64,000 nt of DNA. Origin: Candidatus Micrarchaeota archaeon. Its GTDB lineage: Archaea > Micrarchaeota > Micrarchaeia > Anstonellales > Bilamarchaeaceae. The notes under the pieces are model-generated. The model saw only the letters and a program-made list of their open reading frames with translations. It searched no databases and was not told the origin of the DNA. The translations under genes and the position numbers were made by a program. The number at the start of each line of letters is the position of its first letter. Position 1 is the stretch's first letter. The DNA is taken from the NCBI GenBank assembly GCA_043827025.1, contig JBDRPL010000032.1, forward strand, positions 45,870 to 109,869. Direction: 5' to 3'. Positions 48,479 through 58,429 of the stretch are shown piece by piece.

Positions 48479-50191
48479 GTGGTAGATATGTTGGATAAAC
48501 TGAAGCATGAGCTGGCAGTTGTATTGGAAAAGGAAACCGGCGTAGCAAAAGATGAAGTCTTAAGGACATTCGAATCCTCGCAATTCAGCGACCTTACCAC
48601 AAAGGTTGCATTTGTTGTTGCTAAGAAGGATGGAAATGACCAGAATCCAATGGAAGTTGCCAATGGCTTGATTGGGAAGATTAAGCACAAATATATAGAA
48701 AGGGTCGAGTCAAAAGGCCCTTATCTCAACATCTTTTTCAATGACAAGTTCTATTCCGATTCTGTGAAAGAGATTCTCAAGCAGAAAGAAAAATATGGAA
48801 AGAAAAAGAGCACGAAAAGGAAGATGATGGTCGAGTTCTTCCATGCCAACACTCACAAAGGCGTTCACATTGGCCACATACGTAATATCTCAATTGGCGA
48901 GTCATTGTGCAGATGTTTGGAATTCGCAGGCAATAAGGTCATACGTGCAAACTTCCAGGGAGATATAGGCCCTCATGTTGCAAAATGCCTCTGGGGGTTT
49001 ATCAATCTATATCATGAGCAGGCGCCAACTGAAAAACGTGGAATATGGCTAGGAAAGGTTTATGCAGAAGCATCCAGCAAGACAAAGGATAATGAAGAAC
49101 TTGAAGCACAGGTAAAAGACATAAACATGAAGATTTATGCTGGAGATAAACGTCTTACGGAGATCTGGAAAAAGACAAGGCAGTGGTGCCTTGACGACTT
49201 TGAATTGTTCTACAATGAATTCAATGTGCATTTCAATGAGTTGTATTTCGAAAGCCAGTCTGAAAAAGTAGGGAAGAAGCTGGTTCATGAACTTCTTGAA
49301 AAAGGAATTGCTAAGGAAGATCAGGGAGCAATAGTCATGGACCTGAAAAATGATGGTGGCCTTGGAGTTTACATTCTTCTTACACGGGAAGGCTATGCAC
49401 TTTATTCGACAAAGGACCTTGGTTTGGCAAAAATCAAATCTGGTAAATACAAGGACCTGGACAGAAGCATTCATGTGGTTGGAAAGGAACAGGAGTATCA
49501 TTTCAAGCAGCTGTTCAAGACTTTTGAGAAAATCGGCATGGAAGATTTTGCTCGCATTTCTTATCATCTTATTTATGGCCTTGTGATGTTGCCAGAAGGC
49601 AAGATGTCCTCAAGGGAAGGGACTATGGTGCTTTATGATGACCTGAAGGACAAGGTCCTTGAACTCACGCGGGAAGAGGTAAAGAAAAGGCATGAAGAAT
49701 GGAGCGAGTCGCAAATCGAAGATACTGCAAAAAAGATTGGACTCGGAGCCATAAAATTCTCCCTGCTTAACAGGGAAAACAACAAAGTCATGGTCTTTGA
49801 TTGGGACCAGGCGCTTAATCTTGAAGGTGATTCCGGCCCCCACGTTCAATACTCATTTGTTAGGACAAATGGAATTCTCTCTCGCACGGATGTGAAGCCA
49901 AAGCTTGGCACAAAATACAAATTCAATCCTGATGAAAAAGCTCTTATAAAACGAATGATTGAGTTTCCAGATGTGATGGCATCAATCTCAAGGGATTATG
50001 ATACAGGCAGGCTTCCGAATTACTTGTTGCGCCTTTCAACTGATTTCAATAAATTCTACGGAACATCTAAAGTGATTGTCGAAGATGATAAAGACACAAC
50101 CCAAAACAGGCTTGGAATCGTGCAGGCAACAAATTATCTGCTGAAATCAGGCTTGACACTGCTTAACATTGATTGTCCTGAGAAGATGTAG
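48479..50191 (+). CDS. argS: Arginyl-tRNA synthetase
   Basis: HIGH, YSTKDL, KMSSREG, GPHVQY motifs and C-terminal EKM. Confidence 0.96.
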   Translation: MVDMLDKLKHELAVVLEKETGVAKDEVLRTFESSQFSDLTTKVAFVVAKKDGNDQNPMEVANGLIGKIKHKYIERVESKGPYLNIFFNDKFYSDSVKEILKQKEKYGKKKSTKRKMMVEFFHANTHKGVHIGHIRNISIGESLCRCLEFAGNKVIRANFQGDIGPHVAKCLWGFINLYHEQAPTEKRGIWLGKVYAEASSKTKDNEELEAQVKDINMKIYAGDKRLTEIWKKTRQWCLDDFELFYNEFNVHFNELYFESQSEKVGKKLVHELLEKGIAKEDQGAIVMDLKNDGGLGVYILLTREGYALYSTKDLGLAKIKSGKYKDLDRSIHVVGKEQEYHFKQLFKTFEKIGMEDFARISYHLIYGLVMLPEGKMSSREGTMVLYDDLKDKVLELTREEVKKRHEEWSESQIEDTAKKIGLGAIKFSLLNRENNKVMVFDWDQALNLEGDSGPHVQYSFVRTNGILSRTDVKPKLGTKYKFNPDEKALIKRMIEFPDVMASISRDYDTGRLPNYLLRLSTDFNKFYGTSKVIVEDDKDTTQNRLGIVQATNYLLKSGLTLLNIDCPEKM

Positions 50192-50210
50192 CTGTGAAAA
50201 CGCAGACCAT

Positions 50211-50951
50211 TTATTTTTTCTTTATGTTCTTCAGTACTTCTTCCAAATCCCTTTTGACTCCGAACTTCGCGAAATAATTCAACACGTTGGTTACATCCCT
50301 TCTCAAAAATACTTCTGCCTTAGGATGGTGCAACACAACTCCCTGGCCGAAATCTATCAGATAAGGCACTGGGCCAAGTAATATATTATATTCACTCAGG
50401 TCTGCATGGACCAACCCGGCCAGATACATCTTTTTAATGTCTGCCAGTACATCATCAAGGTCCTGTTCGCTTCTTGGTCCAACCATGTTCAGGTTTGGAT
50501 AAGGCAATCCTTCTTCGCCAAGGAATGTCATCACAAGTACATTCTTCTCTACAAAAATAGGCATAGGGCAATGCACGCCTGCGCGTTCGCATGCCTCAAG
50601 ATTTTTATATTCCTTCCTTGCGAAAATATAAACGATTTCAGTTCCTTTCTTAGATATGCCTTTGAATCTTGGGTCGCCATCGATATACTCGCTTTTCCTG
50701 AAAAAAGGTGCAGTCTCAATCTTGTATATTTTGATAGCCACATGCTTCTCATCAACAGTGGTGCCTCTGAATACATTTGCTTCCTTGCCTGTTGAAATTG
50801 GATAATCCACATTCCTTATTATGCCCTTCTTCATCAACTTTGCAAGAATAAGGAGGGTCTGCTTGTCAAAAACTTCGCTTTCTATTTTTCTCTGCTCTTT
50901 TAACTGATAATCTTCCTTGAGCTTCTTCTTCGTCATATTCGACTTCCTCAA
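50211..50951 (-). CDS. rio1: RIO1 kinase
   Basis: STGKEANVF, VHADLSEYNIL and IDFGQ motifs. Confidence 0.95.
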   Translation of the reverse strand: MRKSNMTKKKLKEDYQLKEQRKIESEVFDKQTLLILAKLMKKGIIRNVDYPISTGKEANVFRGTTVDEKHVAIKIYKIETAPFFRKSEYIDGDPRFKGISKKGTEIVYIFARKEYKNLEACERAGVHCPMPIFVEKNVLVMTFLGEEGLPYPNLNMVGPRSEQDLDDVLADIKKMYLAGLVHADLSEYNILLGPVPYLIDFGQGVVLHHPKAEVFLRRDVTNVLNYFAKFGVKRDLEEVLKNIKKK

Positions 50952-50952
50952 A

Positions 50953-51288
50953 CTAGATAAAGTTTCTGTCTCTCAGCCATCTGACTTCAATAGGCTTGTA
51001 TCTCCAGATTATATCTCCTTTCTTGTCACCTTCGAGTTCCCACTCCTGTACGATGACAGCATCGCCGTCTCTGACCCATATCTGGTTCTTTAATCTTCCA
51101 GGCATCCTGCACATTCTTTCCTTGCCATCTTTGCACTGGACAAGCATTCTGCTTCCGCCCATCATCCCTATAACTATTCCAAGGACTTCGCGTTCACTTT
51201 CTCTGGGAAGCCTTACTCTGCTCACAGTCTGTTCCTGATTCTGCGGTTTATATGGCCGTTTATACGGCCTTCGTTTAGGTCTGTACAT
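50953..51288 (-). CDS. eif1A: Translation initiation factor aIF-1A
   Basis: RVRLP, CRMPGR, IWVRDGD and KGDIIWRY motifs. Confidence 0.95.
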   Translation of the reverse strand: MYRPKRRPYKRPYKPQNQEQTVSRVRLPRESEREVLGIVIGMMGGSRMLVQCKDGKERMCRMPGRLKNQIWVRDGDAVIVQEWELEGDKKGDIIWRYKPIEVRWLRDRNFI

Positions 51289-51319
51289 TCATTCACCATA
51301 CTCAATTAACATTATAAAA

Positions 51320-51721
51320 TTATCTGATCGCGTTCCTTGCACCACATGCTTCGCAAACCAGCTGCTTCAGGCCATGGCCCACATCAACGATTTTAGTGTC
51401 TGGTTTCTTGCACTCCTTGCAGATCACATATCTTGTTATGAATTCAGATAGTTTTTTGTTTATCATGTCGCCTATGATTTTCCTATGGAGCACCATTCTT
51501 TCTTTTTGGTTTTCTGCAGGAACTGCAAGTTCTTTTGAAAAGTATTTAGTGACTTCTTCAGGATCCCGCCTAAGCTTGTCGCAGACCACGCCGAAGTTTT
51601 TTATTATTGTCTTGTTTCCTTCAACGAAGAACTCGAAAACAGGATACTCAAACCTTTCTCCACTCGCAGTCTTGTTTGGTAAGTTAGCATAGACATTGTC
51701 AAGTAATTTTTCATAATCCAT
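51320..51721 (-). CDS. eif2B: Translation initiation factor aIF-2 beta
   Basis: YEKLL, ERFE, GNKTII, CKECKKPDT and CEACGA motifs. Confidence 0.95.
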   Translation of the reverse strand: MDYEKLLDNVYANLPNKTASGERFEYPVFEFFVEGNKTIIKNFGVVCDKLRRDPEEVTKYFSKELAVPAENQKERMVLHRKIIGDMINKKLSEFITRYVICKECKKPDTKIVDVGHGLKQLVCEACGARNAIR

Positions 51722-51746
51722 AATTATTGATTAACGAAGGAAGTGT

Positions 51747-52226
51747 TTATAAATTACTCGTCTTTTTTGCAAGCTCGCTTTCATATCGCTTCCTGTCAAA
51801 AACGAACTTCCCATTGCTCCCAAGTTTGTCGTATTTCCAATCTGGATTCCCGCCCAGGAAATTAGACCATTCAACTGTTTCTTTATTCACTGTTATTTTT
51901 GCCTTGAAATCCGCGCACCCTTCATTGCCACAATGGCAAATCAATAAGGTCGTTCTGCCATCCTTTCCTGCCTTTTCGCCAAGGAAGCGTTTCGAGGGAA
52001 AAAAGACCTCTCCATTTGGAAGCCCAAAATAGTCTCCTGCAACAGATTCTGCATATTGTTCGGAGAATTTCCTGTTATTTTCATTGTTCTTCATGCTTTC
52101 TGCAAATATCAAAGGATATTCGATTTTTTCCAATATGCTGGCCAGATTCTCGCCATTGACATAAATAGTGACAACGTATTCGCCAGGCTCGATTCCGAGT
52201 TTGTCCATCATGTCCCTTCCTGCCAT
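51747..52226 (-). CDS. Hypothetical protein with CxCxxxGC motif
   Basis: CHCGNEGC...VEWSNF...FVFDRKRY; start probably near 52211. Confidence 0.7.
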   Translation of the reverse strand: MAGRDMMDKLGIEPGEYVVTIYVNGENLASILEKIEYPLIFAESMKNNENNRKFSEQYAESVAGDYFGLPNGEVFFPSKRFLGEKAGKDGRTTLLICHCGNEGCADFKAKITVNKETVEWSNFLGGNPDWKYDKLGSNGKFVFDRKRYESELAKKTSNL

Positions 52227-53458
52227 GAACTCAAATACTTCTTCTGTTCCTCTGTCAGCACATCTATCTTTATTCCCATAGACTCCAGCTGCAGTTTTGC
52301 AATCTCAACATCTACTTCATCAGGCAATGTTATGACTTCTGGTTTAAGTTTTCCCTTGTTCTTGACTAAGTATTCGCAGGCAAGTGCCTGTCCGCAGAAT
52401 GAAGTTGACATGACTTCTGATGGGTGGCCTTCTGCTGCTCCAAGATTGACAAGCCTTCCTTCTGCACATAAGTAGATACTTCTATTTCCTACTTTATATT
52501 CGTCCAGCGAGGGGCGCATCCTTCTTTTCTTGTATGCCTTGTCCAATCCTGCAACATCTATCTCATTGTCGAAATGTCCGGAATTTGCGAGTATTGTTCC
52601 ATCCTTCATGTTTTTTACATGGTCAAGTGTGATGACATCTTTGTCTCCAGTAACTGTGATAAAAATATCTCCGAGTTTGGCTGCTTCTGCCATTGGCATT
52701 ACTCTATATCCGTCCAACACAGCTTGCAATGCCCTGAATGGCTTTACTTCTGTGACAATTACATTTGCACCCATGCCCCTTGCACGTAATGAAACTCCTT
52801 TGCCGCAATCTCCATAGCCTGCAACTACTACAGTTTTGCCTGCGAACAAAACATTGGTAGCACGAAATATTCCATCAAGTGTTGACTGGCCAGTGCCATA
52901 ATAATTATCTAGAAGATGTTTGGTGTCATTGTCATTAACTGCAATGATAGGGTATTTCAGCGCATTTTCCTTGACCATGGCGTGCAATCTGATTATTCCA
53001 GTTGTTGTTTCTTCGCAACCGCCTATCAACCCCGTCAATAATTCCTTGTGTTTGGTGTGAATCAAAGATATCAAGTCACAGCCATCATCTATTGTTAATT
53101 GAGGCTTATGGGATAAAACCGCTTCCAGGAATTTGTAATAATCCTCCTTGTTTTCACCCTTGTAACCGTAAACATGCACGCCTTCCTTTGCTAATGCCGC
53201 AGCTACATCGTCTTGTGTGCTTAATGGGTTGCAGCCAGAAATTGCGATTCTTGCCCCACCTGCTATGAGCGCTCTAACTAGGACTGCAGTCTCTTTGGTT
53301 ATATGCAATGCCATTCCAATTGTAAGGCCTTTGAAAGGCTGGCTTTTTTTGAAACCTTCTCTAATCGTTAGTAGCGCAGGCATCCTCTTCTCTGCCAATT
53401 CAATATTAAGCATTCCCTGTTCTGCTAATCTTATATCTTTTACAAAGTAGTTTTCCAT
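52208..53458 (-). CDS. ahcY: S-adenosylhomocysteine hydrolase
   Basis: CNPLSTQD, EETTTG, GYGDCGKG and GRLVNL-GHP motifs. Confidence 0.96.
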   Translation of the reverse strand: MENYFVKDIRLAEQGMLNIELAEKRMPALLTIREGFKKSQPFKGLTIGMALHITKETAVLVRALIAGGARIAISGCNPLSTQDDVAAALAKEGVHVYGYKGENKEDYYKFLEAVLSHKPQLTIDDGCDLISLIHTKHKELLTGLIGGCEETTTGIIRLHAMVKENALKYPIIAVNDNDTKHLLDNYYGTGQSTLDGIFRATNVLFAGKTVVVAGYGDCGKGVSLRARGMGANVIVTEVKPFRALQAVLDGYRVMPMAEAAKLGDIFITVTGDKDVITLDHVKNMKDGTILANSGHFDNEIDVAGLDKAYKKRRMRPSLDEYKVGNRSIYLCAEGRLVNLGAAEGHPSEVMSTSFCGQALACEYLVKNKGKLKPEVITLPDEVDVEIAKLQLESMGIKIDVLTEEQKKYLSSWQEGT

Positions 53459-53517
53459 AAGTATCCCATCTGCTATTTCTTTTCTAGTTTATATTTTAAA
53501 GCATATTGGGAAAATGC

Positions 53518-54120
53518 TCATTCAGTAATCATGGTTTCATTTGTCAAATTAGTTCCATTTACTGTTGTGTTCAGCAAAGTGGATTGGTAATCATCATGGT
53601 TCATGATGACTGTTATCTTATTTCCATTTTCATATGGGTCAGATGTGCCTGAAATTCCGCTTTCTTGTGCTGATCCTGTTCTGGTGTCTGGTTTTTCACT
53701 TATTGTTTTCTCTAACTGAGTGTCCAATTGTGGCGCTGAGGCTATATCAGAACCTACACCTAACATTCCATTTCCAAATGGATTGAAAAGATACAGCCAG
53801 CCTACTGCGAGAACCAACAATATTCCTAATACTATGAATGCACTTATACTGGTCTTGTTTTTTGATGAAGATATCAGTTTTTTACCTAATGAAGTGAGCT
53901 TATAATACTTCCATTTTCTTCCCTCATCTACTTTCTCAACAAGATTTGCACCTACTAGTTGATCAAGATGTTCAAGGACTGTTGGGGATGACAATCTGAG
54001 CTCACTTGCAAGTTCGCTCTGCATTTTCTGCCTTTCAGAAAGAGCTTTCATTATATGTATCCTTGTTTCTGCACCTATTGCACGTAAAAGCTCTTTGTTT
54101 AGGATTATTTCGTCATCCAT
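53518..54120 (-). CDS. ArsR-family winged-HTH protein with TM anchor and extracytoplasmic tail
   Basis: TRIHIM-L, SELA, EHL-L and RKWKYYKLT, then one TM helix. Confidence 0.82.
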   Translation of the reverse strand: MDDEIILNKELLRAIGAETRIHIMKALSERQKMQSELASELRLSSPTVLEHLDQLVGANLVEKVDEGRKWKYYKLTSLGKKLISSSKNKTSISAFIVLGILLVLAVGWLYLFNPFGNGMLGVGSDIASAPQLDTQLEKTISEKPDTRTGSAQESGISGTSDPYENGNKITVIMNHDDYQSTLLNTTVNGTNLTNETMITE

Positions 54121-54280
54121 ATGCTAGAAAGATAGAAAAGGAGAAATTAAAAGGTTTTAGTATTGATTAGGTTGTTGCATTTGCAAGTGTTTTCATATTC
54201 TCATACCTATTATGAGCACAAACAATTAAAAATAGTCACATTTGACCATTTTAAACTACTTGTACCTACATACTCATTTT

Positions 54281-55141
54281 TTATCCGATCGAAGTCAAAT
54301 AAATCCCTGCAAAAACCAAGATCGCTCCGATTAGCCTGTGCATGCTGAATTTTTCCTTCAGGAATATAACTGAAATTATAACTACGAAAACAGACATCAG
54401 CCCGCTTATGGGATATACTTTGGATGCATTTCCAATGGAAAGGGCAGTAAACAAAAGTAGGGTTCCAAATCCCCCTGAAACTGAGCTTGCCATTACTCTA
54501 GATATCTCCGGTTTTGCCTTGTTCTCCAATTCTTTTTTTGATATTGCCTGGTAGATAGAAAGAAGTAGGGCAACTGAAAGATACATTGCGATCGCCAGGC
54601 CTATTGGGTCAACTCCGTTGACGAATTCTTTGGCTATCAGCATGTACATCACATCCACAGCTATAAGCACGAAAATCATGTAGTTTTTGCTTCCTATTTT
54701 TGGGATCTTGAAATTGTTCTTTGATAGGACAAGGATGCTTCCAAAAAGAATCACAAATATTCCAAGATAATTTATTGTGCTTACTGCCTCGTGGAATAAA
54801 AGTATAGAGCAGAAGAATGCAAGCAGCATTTCAGATGATTGGAGGAAGGGCGAGACTTCGCTTATCTCCGAGCCAGTAAGCATTCTGTAATATAATAATA
54901 TGGAGATTATGAAACAAAGCGCAAGGAGCAGGGCCCCTATGAAAAGCTCTGCAGTGAACTGCACGTTGAAGAAAATGACTCCGATGAGGAGCAGCATGGA
55001 ACCTTCAAAAAAGGTCTTCAGTACGCTTGTTCGTATGATGGCGTATTTCTTGTTCATCATGTGCTTGTCAATGCTTGTGGAAATTGCATAAAAAAGGTAG
55101 CCGAGCATGGCAAGGAGAAGGTAGGGTTCCATCATCGACAT
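54281..55141 (-). CDS. EamA/DMT-family transporter
   Basis: Ten TM segments; ASKVYPI and FLKEK-RLIG motifs. Confidence 0.85.
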   Translation of the reverse strand: MSMMEPYLLLAMLGYLFYAISTSIDKHMMNKKYAIIRTSVLKTFFEGSMLLLIGVIFFNVQFTAELFIGALLLALCFIISILLYYRMLTGSEISEVSPFLQSSEMLLAFFCSILLFHEAVSTINYLGIFVILFGSILVLSKNNFKIPKIGSKNYMIFVLIAVDVMYMLIAKEFVNGVDPIGLAIAMYLSVALLLSIYQAISKKELENKAKPEISRVMASSVSGGFGTLLLFTALSIGNASKVYPISGLMSVFVVIISVIFLKEKFSMHRLIGAILVFAGIYLTSIG

Positions 55142-55206
55142 AATCCACCCTACGGGTATTTAAATCTTTCTTTTTATAACTGTTCCCTACTACAAATTAT
55201 ACTTTG

Positions 55207-55235
55207 GATATCCCTCTTAATACGAGGGCAATATC
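55207..55235 (+). promoter_or_regulatory. 5' leader hairpin of the ribosomal protein cluster
   Basis: GATAT-CCCTC/GAGGG-CA-ATATC stem between a TATA-like box (about 55172-55179) and the GGTG RBS. Confidence 0.45.
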
Positions 55236-55246
55236 GGTGTATTAAT

Positions 55247-56194
55247 ATGGTTGACTTAAAAAGACCCAGACATGGTTCGATGGCATATAGGCCAAGGAAA
55301 AGAAGCGAGACACAGAACGTTTCAGTTTTCTGGCAGGATGTGCCTGACAAGAGGATAATTGGATTTGCCGGATACAAGGCAGGAATGACTCATATTTCGT
55401 ATGTTGATCAGACCGATGCACCTACAAAAGGGCAGGAAGTCATGAGTGCAGCAACAGTCATAGAAGTGCCTCCAATGTATGTTTACGGAGTGAGGTGCTA
55501 CGGAAGCGAGGGCTCAGCAGGAGACATTCTCACCAGCGATGAAAAGATACTGAAGTTTATCAATACGAAAAAAGCCAAACCACAAACCTATCAGCCTGAT
55601 GTAGACAAGGTAATTGAAGTTAGGTTGCTGGTTTTTGCACAGCCTGCGAAAACAGGAATAGGAAAGAAGCACGTGGAAAAAATGGAATTGGGAATCGGCG
55701 GTCCAAACCCAAAGGAAAAGATTGAATATGCAAAGACGCTTATCGGAAAGGAATTGAAGGCAAAGGACGTCTTCAAGCCAGGAGAATTTTTAGACATCGC
55801 TGCAGTTACAAAAGGAAAAGGCTGGCAGGGACCTATAAAAAGGTTCGGAGTTAACAGGCAGAGAAGGAAAGCTACTGGAAAGCAGAGGCACGTAGGTACT
55901 CTCGGCCAATGGCACCCTGCATACGTATTGTATACTGTTCCTCAGGCAGGTCAGATGGGCTACCATAAGAGGACAGAGATGAACAAGATGGTTATGAAAA
56001 TCGGCGAAAACGTCGACGAAATAAATCCATCCAGCGGATTCAAGAATTATGGATTCGTGAAAACGGAATATCTCATTGTTAAGGGATCAATCCCAGGACC
56101 TTCCAAGAGATTGGTTAAATTGAGGTTGGCGATGAGAAGGGATGGCATGAAGGAAATGCCTTTGAATTATGTTTCTTTGGATTCTAAGAGATGA
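55247..56194 (+). CDS. rpl3: 50S ribosomal protein uL3
   Basis: RPRHGS, FAGYKAGMTH, TKGKGWQG and GQMGYH motifs; ATG 55247. Confidence 0.97.
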   Translation: MVDLKRPRHGSMAYRPRKRSETQNVSVFWQDVPDKRIIGFAGYKAGMTHISYVDQTDAPTKGQEVMSAATVIEVPPMYVYGVRCYGSEGSAGDILTSDEKILKFINTKKAKPQTYQPDVDKVIEVRLLVFAQPAKTGIGKKHVEKMELGIGGPNPKEKIEYAKTLIGKELKAKDVFKPGEFLDIAAVTKGKGWQGPIKRFGVNRQRRKATGKQRHVGTLGQWHPAYVLYTVPQAGQMGYHKRTEMNKMVMKIGENVDEINPSSGFKNYGFVKTEYLIVKGSIPGPSKRLVKLRLAMRRDGMKEMPLNYVSLDSKR

Positions 56195-56199
56195 TTTGC

Positions 56200-56982
56200 A
56201 TGAAAACTAACTTGTATTCATTAGACGGAAAAGTTGTAAAACAGATAGATCTTCCAAAGGTATTTGAAACCGAATACCGCGATGACCTTATTAAAAGGGC
56301 AGTACTCAGCGATGAGTCCAGGACATTCCAGCCTAAAGGAAATTACAAATATGCAGGTATGGAAACTTCGGCAAAATACAGAGGAAGAAAGGAGATGTAT
56401 GGGGCAATCAAAAACAAGGGTATTGCCCACTTGCCACATGAAGTCCAGCCAAAAGGCAACTTTGGAAAGGTAAAGAGAGTGCCTCAGGCAGTTAAAGGTA
56501 GAAGAGCACATCCTCCAAAGCCGGAGACAAAGCTCGTAGAAGAGATGAACCACAAGGAGTATCTCAAGGCCTTGGGCGTTGCGATCGGATCTTCCACAAA
56601 CAAGAATCTTGTAAAGTTCAGGTGTTCTGTTGACTTTGAATCATTGCCAATAGTATTGGATAATTCTTTTGAGAAATTGAAGAAGACCAAAGAAGTCGTT
56701 TCTGTTTTTGATGCATTGAAATGCACAAAGTGGATGAATGGCACAAAGGAAAAGAAATCAGTTTCCGCACTTATCGTGGTTTCAGGCGGTTCGATATTGA
56801 AAGCCGCTGCCAATATTTCCGGAGTCGATGTCGTTTCAGTGCCTAAGCTTACAGTAAAGCATTTTGCTCCTGGTACAAAGGCAGGGCGATTGGTACTCTA
56901 CACTGAAAGTGCATTGAAGCAGGTAGAGGATAGGATTGAAGACAAGCCGGTTGCAAAGCCAGCTAAAAAGGTGAAAGCATGA
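56200..56982 (+). CDS. rpl4: 50S ribosomal protein uL4
   Basis: VPQAVKGRRAHPPK and APG-GRL motifs; cluster order. Confidence 0.96.
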   Translation: MKTNLYSLDGKVVKQIDLPKVFETEYRDDLIKRAVLSDESRTFQPKGNYKYAGMETSAKYRGRKEMYGAIKNKGIAHLPHEVQPKGNFGKVKRVPQAVKGRRAHPPKPETKLVEEMNHKEYLKALGVAIGSSTNKNLVKFRCSVDFESLPIVLDNSFEKLKKTKEVVSVFDALKCTKWMNGTKEKKSVSALIVVSGGSILKAAANISGVDVVSVPKLTVKHFAPGTKAGRLVLYTESALKQVEDRIEDKPVAKPAKKVKA

Positions 56983-57227
56983 TTATAAAATCCCCAATCA
57001 AGACGGAAAAAGCAATTGCCAAGGTTGAGTTCGACAACACATTGACATTCCAGGTAGAGAACAAAGCGACAAAGGACGATGTGAAGAAAGAAGTCGAAAA
57101 ATTATTCGGAGTTAAGGTCTATTCAGTAAAGACCTACATCACTTCAAAGGGATACAAAAGAGCACTTGTGAAGCTTGCCAAAGGATCAAGCGCAGAGGAT
57201 GTGACAACAAAACTCAAGATTGCATAA
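56979..57227 (+). CDS. rpl23: 50S ribosomal protein uL23
   Basis: TEKA, NTLTF and KRALVKL motifs. Confidence 0.95.
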   Translation: MIIKSPIKTEKAIAKVEFDNTLTFQVENKATKDDVKKEVEKLFGVKVYSVKTYITSKGYKRALVKLAKGSSAEDVTTKLKIA

Positions 57228-57238
57228 GGTGAATATTT

Positions 57239-57994
57239 ATGGGTAAACCACTTAAATCACAAAGAAGGGGAAAGGGGCTTCCAAGATACAGGTGCCCAAA
57301 AAGCCAGAGAGTTACTGACCTTGCATACAGGTCATATGATGATATTGAAAAAGCAGGAGTTCTTAAAGGGGAAATACTTTATTTTGTCGATGATCCTGCA
57401 AGGAATGCAGTGCTTATGAAAGTTAAGTATGACAATAATGAGCAAGTATTTCTGCTTGCACCTGAGGGAATAGCAATAGGTGACTTCATAGAAGCAGGCG
57501 CCCAGGGAAAGATAATTCCCGGAAGCGTGCTTCCTCTTTACAGGGTTCCGGATGGAGCATATGTGTATAATATAGAGAACAGGCCAGGAGATGGCGGAAA
57601 GTTTGTCAAAAGCCCTGGATCTTATGCAGTTGTAGTTTCAAAGGAAAAAGGCAAAGTATTCGTAAGGCTTCCAAGCAAGAAAACAATACAGATCTCTGAA
57701 GAATGCAGGGTTCAGATTGGTGTTATTGCAGGGGGCGGAAGGCTTGAAAAGCCTTTGTTGAAAGCAGGTAATGCGCATTACAAGTATAGGGTAGCCAAAC
57801 ACAAGCTCTGGCCAACGCTCAGAGGTGTCCATATGTCTGCATACAACCATCCTCACGGTGGAAAGCAGCACCATGTAGGAAAACCAACGACTGTTGCAAG
57901 GGGCGCACCGCCGGGTTCTAAGGTTGGACATATTGCTGCAAGGGCCACAGGAAGAAAAAAGTCCAGGATAGTGAATGAGGCTACGAACAGTTGA
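57239..57994 (+). CDS. rpl2: 50S ribosomal protein uL2
   Basis: MGK-QRRGKG, PGDGG, HPHGG and KVGHIAA motifs. Confidence 0.97.
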   Translation: MGKPLKSQRRGKGLPRYRCPKSQRVTDLAYRSYDDIEKAGVLKGEILYFVDDPARNAVLMKVKYDNNEQVFLLAPEGIAIGDFIEAGAQGKIIPGSVLPLYRVPDGAYVYNIENRPGDGGKFVKSPGSYAVVVSKEKGKVFVRLPSKKTIQISEECRVQIGVIAGGGRLEKPLLKAGNAHYKYRVAKHKLWPTLRGVHMSAYNHPHGGKQHHVGKPTTVARGAPPGSKVGHIAARATGRKKSRIVNEATNS

Positions 57995-58006
57995 TGAGTT
58001 GATACT

Positions 58007-58420
58007 ATGAAAACCGAAGACGGAATCAAGAAAGATCTTTATTTAGGTATGGAGGAAGAAGAAGTCAAGGCTCTCAGCTTTGAAAAGTTTGTAGGGCTTA
58101 CAACTTCCCGCAATAGAAGGACGCTCATGAGGCTCAAGACCAATCCAAGACTCAAGAAGTTCATGGAGAAAGTCCGAGAGATAATAAAGAAGAATCCGAA
58201 AAAACTCATCAAAACTCATGTTCGGGAAGCAGTCATTCTCCCTGATTGGATTGGATTGACATTTGCAGTTCACAATGGAAAGGAATTCAAGAAGTTCGAA
58301 ATAACTATTAAAAAGGTGGGCCGAAGACTCGGCGATTTTTCTCATACAACAGGAAGGGTTTTACATTCTGGTCCTGGTGTCGGAGCTACAAGGGGAAGCA
58401 AATTCGTGCCTCTCAAGTAG
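58007..58420 (+). CDS. rps19: 30S ribosomal protein uS19
   Basis: KTHVR, VHNGKEF and PGVGATRGSKFVPLK motifs. Confidence 0.96.
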   Translation: MKTEDGIKKDLYLGMEEEEVKALSFEKFVGLTTSRNRRTLMRLKTNPRLKKFMEKVREIIKKNPKKLIKTHVREAVILPDWIGLTFAVHNGKEFKKFEITIKKVGRRLGDFSHTTGRVLHSGPGVGATRGSKFVPLK

Positions 58421-58429
58421 GTGTTGTAC

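Noticed and set aside
54229..54252. Inverted repeat AAAATAGTCA/TGACCATTTT upstream of the ArsR-like gene
   Set aside because: Single AT-rich instance; cannot distinguish operator, terminator or chance
55061..55246. Long N-terminal extension of uL3 (likewise Lrp 33759-33917 and UbiD 1582-1641)
   Set aside because: Overlaps promoters or neighbouring genes; family similarity begins at the downstream ATG
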